A stretch of 53,046 bases of DNA, taken from the IMG/VR virus record IMGVR_UViG_3300032117_001271, positions 1 to 53,046 of that record; one strand, 5' to 3'. Shown in pieces: positions 47,780-53,046 of this stretch (position 1 is the first letter of the stretch; the number at the start of each line of letters is the position of its first letter). Made by a program: the position numbers and the translations under genes. The notes below the pieces were generated by a model. That model made no database searches and was not told the origin of the DNA. It saw only the letters and a list, made by a program, of their open reading frames with translations. Source of the DNA: a virus. Lineage: Duplodnaviria; Caudoviricetes.

Positions 47780-48606
47780 TAAGTCCACAAACCTTGACGA
47801 ACTTTGATAAGACGAATCATCATAGCTTCGTCTTCTGCTTCGTAAGCCTCTTCCATCTTGTGCATTTTGTCCATAGCAACCTTGCTCATCTCAGCAAGCT
47901 CGGGACTTTTGTCTTTACTAAAACTTAGTCGACCACCATTGGCTAGACGTGCGGCTTCACAATACGCAGTCCAGCCACTTGCTTCCATTGGCTCAGGACG
48001 ATTGCGATATACAGTAGTCCACCAGAGGTAAAGCTCTTTAATTTCATTAGCAGTATTGGCTTGGAAAGTTGGAACGGCTTCGTGTTTTTTATCATCGTCG
48101 AGAAACTCTGCATTAGTAAGAGTACTGGCCCAATCTAAGTAAGCAAGGCCCGCTTCTGGACTACGCCATGTCCGCCAACGCAACCAACCACTACGGTACC
48201 AGGGAACATTGTACTTCTTCTGTTCTTCGCTGTTCCACATTACATAGTGCCACGCTTGTTCGATTTCAACAAAGTCCACAAGTTCGTTAAAAAGACAAGG
48301 GAGAAACCGATTACCAACGTCACTCCAACGGCCAGGGCGGATATCACGAGGGTGGGCAGTAAGAGCATGACTCTTAGAAACCCAACGATTGTTGATGTAG
48401 TAGCGGACGTCATTTAGTCTCTCCGGTATGTAAAGGAAAAAACCTTGAATAGCATCAAGTAGTTCTTCCGCAATCCAATAGCGCACAGGATTGTATTGTT
48501 CGGCTTCGGTTCGCCAAGCATCCCAATCTTCACTGGTTTTTGCGCCACCCTTAGGTGTACCACGAACCCAGTCTGCAAATTTTGTACATGACCAATAATT
48601 ACGCAT
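47779..48606 (-). CDS. Trp-rich hypothetical protein
   Basis: 275-aa ORF. Confidence 0.75.
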   Translation of the reverse strand: MRNYWSCTKFADWVRGTPKGGAKTSEDWDAWRTEAEQYNPVRYWIAEELLDAIQGFFLYIPERLNDVRYYINNRWVSKSHALTAHPRDIRPGRWSDVGNRFLPCLFNELVDFVEIEQAWHYVMWNSEEQKKYNVPWYRSGWLRWRTWRSPEAGLAYLDWASTLTNAEFLDDDKKHEAVPTFQANTANEIKELYLWWTTVYRNRPEPMEASGWTAYCEAARLANGGRLSFSKDKSPELAEMSKVAMDKMHKMEEAYEAEDEAMMIRLIKVRQGLWT

Positions 48607-48607
48607 T

Positions 48608-49192
48608 TCAATTCCTTAAATAGGCTTTATAGTTAATCCAGCCTGTTATGATATACTTTTCTTCCGTAGGGCTTACTTCGCCTCTATGTGTAAATGTCCA
48701 ATCAGGTGGCCAAATAAGTGTTAGTCCTTTTTCTGCTTTGATCTTTAATCCTTGATACATGAATTCGGTTCCACCACCGTCTTCTACAGTATTTAAGAAT
48801 GTCATAAAAACCAAGTGCCTAGTTACAATGGGCCAATCCAACCCTTGTTTTTCCATGTGCCATACTTTAAATCCTCCACCTGGCGGATAGTATTGTATTT
48901 GAGTTTGCTCCATGATGTCAATAGCATCTACTTTAGCATAGGGATATTTCAGGTAATAGGCATTCAAACATTTGAATAAATGTTTCAAATAGTAGTATGG
49001 AACTTTACCTGTTTCAATCATCAAGTCCATGGAATCTTTTAGATCCTTATGCACACCTTTGTCTACGCCATACATGCCTTCGACAACATCTGGACTGTTT
49101 TTATGCAAATCTATAAGTTTATCACATACTGCTGGATCAATATACCAGCCCATGATAAAGTTATTTTGCGAATTTATATTGTGTTCTTCCAT
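48608..49192 (-). CDS. 2OG-Fe(II) oxygenase
   Basis: IQYYPPGGGFKVWHME, FLNTVEDGGGTEF, THRG and KYIITGW motifs. Confidence 0.88.
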   Translation of the reverse strand: MEEHNINSQNNFIMGWYIDPAVCDKLIDLHKNSPDVVEGMYGVDKGVHKDLKDSMDLMIETGKVPYYYLKHLFKCLNAYYLKYPYAKVDAIDIMEQTQIQYYPPGGGFKVWHMEKQGLDWPIVTRHLVFMTFLNTVEDGGGTEFMYQGLKIKAEKGLTLIWPPDWTFTHRGEVSPTEEKYIITGWINYKAYLRN

Positions 49193-49422
49193 GAATTTAC
49201 TGGTTCCGTTTTAATATCTTCTTCTTCACAACCCACAGGTTTTCCAGAACGATCTAAAAAAGTAGTCCCCCAAACTTTTCCATCATGTTCGAACTCAACA
49301 AACTCTTGTCCATACGCACAGAATTTTCTAGTATGAATGTCGTTGTCACTGGCTAGCCAATAGAACAGGCCTACAAACAATACAACAAAAATCCAAAACT
49401 TATGAATAGTAATTCTTATCAA
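49174..49422 (-). CDS. Small membrane-anchored protein
   Basis: N-terminal TM segment and two Cys. Confidence 0.6.
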   Translation of the reverse strand: MIRITIHKFWIFVVLFVGLFYWLASDNDIHTRKFCAYGQEFVEFEHDGKVWGTTFLDRSGKPVGCEEEDIKTEPVNSWKNTI

Positions 49423-50747
49423 ATCTTTTCCCCAGGAACAAATCCCCTAAAGCCTTTGAATCTTGGGAACCGTAAACTATATGTTCCATCTTGATTCTGT
49501 GTTACTGCATCTGCACGTACTTCTACTATCTGACCAGGTAAACGATCACGTGAGTCCCAAAAGCTAATACGGTCGTTATCAGAAAAACCTGAACCCACGT
49601 TAACTTGTATTTCTTTTCCGTCATCTGTCCCCGAGCATACAATCGCTCCAAGTCGTCCAATATTCTTTCCTGTTCCTTCTTCGACATCCACAACCTCCAA
49701 AGATACTTCGATGAATGGTTTCAACTTCAACCATGCAACACTACGCTTACATTCATACGGAGCCAACGGTTCCTTAATCATAATACCTTCGTAACCGCCA
49801 TCAATTGCTTTTTGGTTAATTGCTTTAAAACGCTTTTGACCTGCTTTAGTATCCAAGTCAACTAGTTCGTTTGCAACATAGGTAACATTGGGCAATAAAG
49901 ACTGATTAGTCTCTACCCAGAACTTAACCATTTGACTACGTGTAGTTTGGTCTTTGTTATAGATACCTTTTTCAAAATCTTCTAAAGGCAACACATCAAA
50001 CAAGTTAAGTATCGCGTCATCGCTTTGTACATCACTCTTACGATGCACTTGTTTCATCAAGTCTTGGAAACTACTAGACATAATTTCTCCGTCTAGTACA
50101 ACATCCATATTCTTGTTTGTCCCTTCTGTCTTAATTACATTACTAATCTGTTCTACAATATGTGGAAAGTTGTTAAGCTCTTTGCCGTTACGACTAAACA
50201 TATCAACACGGCCGTCGGCACGGACAACTGTAATAACTCGTACTCCGTCAAGTTTGACTTCGATAAGTTTCTTTCCAGATACCTTAGTCTCATGATTAGC
50301 GGAATCATGAGCAAGCTGGCACCCAAAAACAGGAATACTATAGTCAGCATACTTCTTCTCCACTACTTTGTTGATTGTTTTTTCGCTTACGCCGCAACGC
50401 AAGTCTTTAATAAGGATGCGACGATACCAGCCATTCCATTCTTTCTTGGTGGCTGATTTCATCATAGTTTCAATCATAGTCCTTGCTGTATTACCGGTGA
50501 CATTGCGAGTAATGAAACCAGTAAGAGCGAGAGTAAAACTGTCCCAAGGTAAGCCAGGGCCGTCTTCATCTGTTTTCTCCGGTATTTGTTTAAGGCCAAA
50601 AGTAATCATTGGATCGAGAGCTAGGCGACAACCTTCGAAGAATTCCTTATTACCCATTTCAGCTTGTGCTAAAATGATAGCTTCTTTGTTCAAACGACTA
50701 GGATGATCTTCCAAAGAACTAATAACGCTGTAGCAAGGATCGCTCAT
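49419..50747 (-). CDS. lig: ATP-dependent DNA ligase
   Basis: EVKLDGVR, SRNGK, LDGE, FDVL, EGIMIK, WLKLK and an OB domain with SLRFPRF. Confidence 0.96.
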   Translation of the reverse strand: MSDPCYSVISSLEDHPSRLNKEAIILAQAEMGNKEFFEGCRLALDPMITFGLKQIPEKTDEDGPGLPWDSFTLALTGFITRNVTGNTARTMIETMMKSATKKEWNGWYRRILIKDLRCGVSEKTINKVVEKKYADYSIPVFGCQLAHDSANHETKVSGKKLIEVKLDGVRVITVVRADGRVDMFSRNGKELNNFPHIVEQISNVIKTEGTNKNMDVVLDGEIMSSSFQDLMKQVHRKSDVQSDDAILNLFDVLPLEDFEKGIYNKDQTTRSQMVKFWVETNQSLLPNVTYVANELVDLDTKAGQKRFKAINQKAIDGGYEGIMIKEPLAPYECKRSVAWLKLKPFIEVSLEVVDVEEGTGKNIGRLGAIVCSGTDDGKEIQVNVGSGFSDNDRISFWDSRDRLPGQIVEVRADAVTQNQDGTYSLRFPRFKGFRGFVPGEKI

Positions 50748-50779
50748 GTTGACTCCAATGATTAACTGTATAAGTGTAT

Positions 50780-50808
50780 ATTATACAGTCTAGTTATCAA
50801 TAAGTCAA
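50780..50808 (-). promoter_or_regulatory. sigma70 promoter for the ligase operon
   Basis: TTGACT (50808-50803), 17-nt spacer, TATAAT (50785-50780). Confidence 0.8.
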
Positions 50809-51522
50809 GTGGTTGTTGGTCTTAAATGGCTTGCCCAAGTAGGCATTTTCGAGTTGTGTAAGAATTTTACGTTTCATTCTTACAATAATTGGATGGTTGT
50901 GATTCCAATTAAAAGTTTTCAAATAGTTATACCACCAGGTATTTTTATGACGCTTACACTCATTTGAGTCCATGTACTTGCCAATTATATTTGGATAGTA
51001 CCCAAAACGATCAAGTAGTTCGCAGGCAGTATTAAATGCAAACGCACCCATCTCATCAGTATCACCGTAATACTCTTGTTCCTTACGGTCCTTGGCTAGT
51101 TCTGCTGTACTTTGATATCCAGGAATGTTTTTAAAGTTTCTAGCACGAAACTGTCGCATGTGTATCATTTCATGTAGCATTACATCTGCAAAACGAATGC
51201 TCATACGTTGCCAGCGATACTTAGTAATCTTAAGTTTTTTATCTGTAGGATTGTAATTGAAGTTGACTTCTATAGCAGGTTTACCTTTTTGGTCTAACTC
51301 ACTATAGTACACCCCGCCCATAAAAATATGTTTTTTAGTAGTCGGAGCATGAATACACTTTCTAATTTTGATAGGCAAGTGTTCTTTTACGTGTGCTGAA
51401 ATATGTTTTTGAATCTGTGTAGGAGTCAATTCTTTGCCCACTAGCTCGGTATTAAGCGAGTAGAACATAGAATACAGGGTACTTCTATCAAGTTCGGACC
51501 AGTTAAATGGTGCTTGGGCCAT
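50797..51522 (-). CDS. Zincin-like (HExxH) protein
   Basis: LHEMIHMRQ followed by YYGDTDEMGAFA (third-ligand Glu). Confidence 0.65.
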   Translation of the reverse strand: MAQAPFNWSELDRSTLYSMFYSLNTELVGKELTPTQIQKHISAHVKEHLPIKIRKCIHAPTTKKHIFMGGVYYSELDQKGKPAIEVNFNYNPTDKKLKITKYRWQRMSIRFADVMLHEMIHMRQFRARNFKNIPGYQSTAELAKDRKEQEYYGDTDEMGAFAFNTACELLDRFGYYPNIIGKYMDSNECKRHKNTWWYNYLKTFNWNHNHPIIVRMKRKILTQLENAYLGKPFKTNNHLTY

Positions 51523-51558
51523 AGTATACTCCTAGACATATCTATTTATAGTATACTA
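51520..51558 (-). promoter_or_regulatory. TATAAATA late promoter nested in an RBS-occluding hairpin
   Basis: TAGTATACT (51558-51550) pairs with AGTATACTA (51530-51522); TATAAATA at 51550-51543. Confidence 0.65.
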
Positions 51559-51581
51559 CGGCTACCAATTATATACGCACT

Positions 51582-52202
51582 TTATGGGCGTTTTTCGATG
51601 ACTTTATCAGCCAGCCCATATTTTACAGCTTCGTCTGCGCTCAAAAATGTATCAAATTTCATATCTGAAAACATTTCATCGTAGGTTTTGCCCGCAGTAT
51701 TGTGCTTAACATACAGTTGAGTTAGGCGCTCATTCAAACGCTGGCTTTCTTCAAAACTACGCTTTGCGTCTTCAAACTGTAATTCTTGCACGTGAACACT
51801 ACCACGTGTGCCTGGAGTACCTGAACTAACACGGTGAATCATTGTACGGCTTTCTGGAAGTACAAATCGTTTACCAGCGGCACCTGCTTGTGCTAGGAAA
51901 CTGCCCATGCTACAGGCTTGACCCATAACATAAGTGGCTACATCAGGCTTGATAAATTGCATGGTGTCGTAAATAGCCAAGCCCGCAGTAACAGAACCGC
52001 CAGGACTATTAATGAAAAAAGTAATGTCCTCATTTCCTTGACTTTCTAAAAATAACAACTGTGCAACAATCAAACTAGATGTATGTTCATTAACATCAGT
52101 GTCTAGCATAACGATGCGATCTTTGAGCAAGCGACTATAAATGTCATATGCACGTTCGCCCTTAGGCTCGTTTTCTACTACCATTGGTACCAAATTAGGC
52201 AT
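51582..52202 (-). CDS. clpP: ATP-dependent Clp protease proteolytic subunit
   Basis: [24 protein letters not shown] (Ser), MIHR (His), FDTFLSA (Asp) and YGLAD motifs. Confidence 0.96.
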   Translation of the reverse strand: MPNLVPMVVENEPKGERAYDIYSRLLKDRIVMLDTDVNEHTSSLIVAQLLFLESQGNEDITFFINSPGGSVTAGLAIYDTMQFIKPDVATYVMGQACSMGSFLAQAGAAGKRFVLPESRTMIHRVSSGTPGTRGSVHVQELQFEDAKRSFEESQRLNERLTQLYVKHNTAGKTYDEMFSDMKFDTFLSADEAVKYGLADKVIEKRP

Positions 52203-52341
52203 GTTTTTCCTCTATAAAATCGATCCCGTAGAAACTTTGGAAAGGTGTTTTGTACACTGAATAATCCAATGCATCATGCAATGATTCAAAATACTTTACC
52301 ATTAGTTGTCCGGTTGTTGAATAATATCTTAACTTATACAT
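52195..52341 (-). CDS. Small hypothetical protein (48 aa; not in the ORF track)
   Basis: [48 protein letters not shown]; fills the gap and overlaps both neighbours. Confidence 0.55.
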   Translation of the reverse strand: MYKLRYYSTTGQLMVKYFESLHDALDYSVYKTPFQSFYGIDFIEEKHA

Positions 52342-52705
52342 CTTTCTTTGTAAATGGTTCTAAATTTGGCGGAACCCACCCAATTGGCTTCAACACCTTG
52401 CCGTCTTCACGCTTACGCACAAGTCCAGTTCCTTTATCAATCTTAGCAAAGTTGGTGCCCATAACTTCTCGCCAACCACCTTCGCCATCAAAGCCAGCAC
52501 TATGGATAGCACCAATAGTAACGACTAAAATGTCTTCTAATGCATCAAGAGTCTCTACCATATCATTATTATTGATAGCTTCTTTGAGCTCTTTAAATTC
52601 TTCTTCGATTAAATTTACATAAAGTGCAAACTGCTCTTTATTAAAAGTATCTACTGTTTGCCCGCAGGCCTTCATAAATTTTTCTTGATCTCTAAACGGA
52701 TTCAT
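52334..52705 (-). CDS. MazG-like/PRA-PH-family NTP pyrophosphohydrolase
   Basis: LIEEEFKEL...ETLDALED, EV..TN.AK and REDGKVLKP motifs. Confidence 0.85.
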   Translation of the reverse strand: MNPFRDQEKFMKACGQTVDTFNKEQFALYVNLIEEEFKELKEAINNNDMVETLDALEDILVVTIGAIHSAGFDGEGGWREVMGTNFAKIDKGTGLVRKREDGKVLKPIGWVPPNLEPFTKKDV

Positions 52706-52857
52706 TTTGCCAACCTTATATTAACCCAAACGAAAAATGCATTAATTGCCGCCCAAAGATAATCTCTTGTGGTAAGACAATCGATAGTAGCTAAAGCACA
52801 CCACCCTGCAATAAAAAAACTAATTTCGTATTGCCAACGCTTAAACCATTCAAGCAT
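52702..52857 (-). CDS. Small two-TM membrane protein (likely start MLEWF at 52857)
   Basis: GAGGAGG upstream; two hydrophobic segments. Confidence 0.6.
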   Translation of the reverse strand: MLEWFKRWQYEISFFIAGWCALATIDCLTTRDYLWAAINAFFVWVNIRLAK

Positions 52858-53046
52858 TTTCTTCCTCCTCGATGCCTTCATATTGGGCAAGTTGTTTTTG
52901 GAAAGTTTTTAACTGTTCGATCAAATTAGTAATACCGCCATGATTCATAGTAATAGCACTATAGCCCATTTTGAACTCTAGCCTGTTATCACTGTTCATT
53001 CCTAGACTATAATAAGTTACGGCAGGTTTCTTTGGTTCGGGAGTAT
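52850..53046 (-). CDS. Hypothetical protein, 3' part only (start lies outside the window)
   Basis: Open frame ...TPEPKKPAVTYYSLGMNSDNRLEFKMGYSAITMNHGGITNLIEQL...EEEENA*. Confidence 0.6.
   Translation of the reverse strand, partial: TPEPKKPAVTYYSLGMNSDNRLEFKMGYSAITMNHGGITNLIEQLKTFQKQLAQYEGIEEEENA

Noticed and set aside
826-52622. Many short opposite-strand or nested ORFs in the track (e.g. 826..1149, 2218..2553, 9207..9584, 21030..21455, 38918..39295, 52245..52622)
   Set aside because: They are antisense or alternative-frame shadows of well-supported genes, with no RBS or recognisable motifs.
1-53046. Stop-codon reassignment, introns or inteins, tRNAs
   Set aside because: Genes are full length under the standard code, the conserved enzymes show no large insertions, and the short intergenic gaps contain no cloverleaf.

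Overview
This window is a 53 kb, AT-rich, densely coding segment of a large lytic tailed dsDNA phage genome with T4-like or jumbo-like organisation. Most genes lie on the minus strand and many are coupled by TAATG stop/start overlaps. A spanin-like gene pair implies a Gram-negative host. From left to right it contains: a Dps (truncated by the window edge); putative virion-internal proteins, including a 1154-aa protein with three nucleotidyltransferase-type modules; a dnaJ-def-clpA operon; a lysis cassette (GH19 endolysin, spanins, holin); phoH; an RFC/gp44-like clamp loader; GroES; a short DnaE fragment lacking the catalytic aspartates; a baseplate/tail block with a 3876-aa fibre; and an auxiliary block (A-type Fe-S carrier, ART-like protein, SOD, 2OG-Fe(II) oxygenases, UvdE, QueD, LamG fibre, radical SAM, DNA ligase, ClpP, MazG-like protein). 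Two promoter classes are visible: consensus sigma70 and a T4-late-like TAAATA. The most notable observations are (1) a preQ1-I-like pseudoknot leader on queD and a two-state RBS switch on phoH, (2) phycobiliprotein-like repeats inside the giant tail fibre, (3) a set of enzymes with capsid-targeting-like leaders and a possible protease-cut polyprotein, and (4) an apparently split DnaE. I saw no tRNA, rRNA, CRISPR array, integrase or reverse transcriptase. All calls come from reading motifs by eye; no searches were run.
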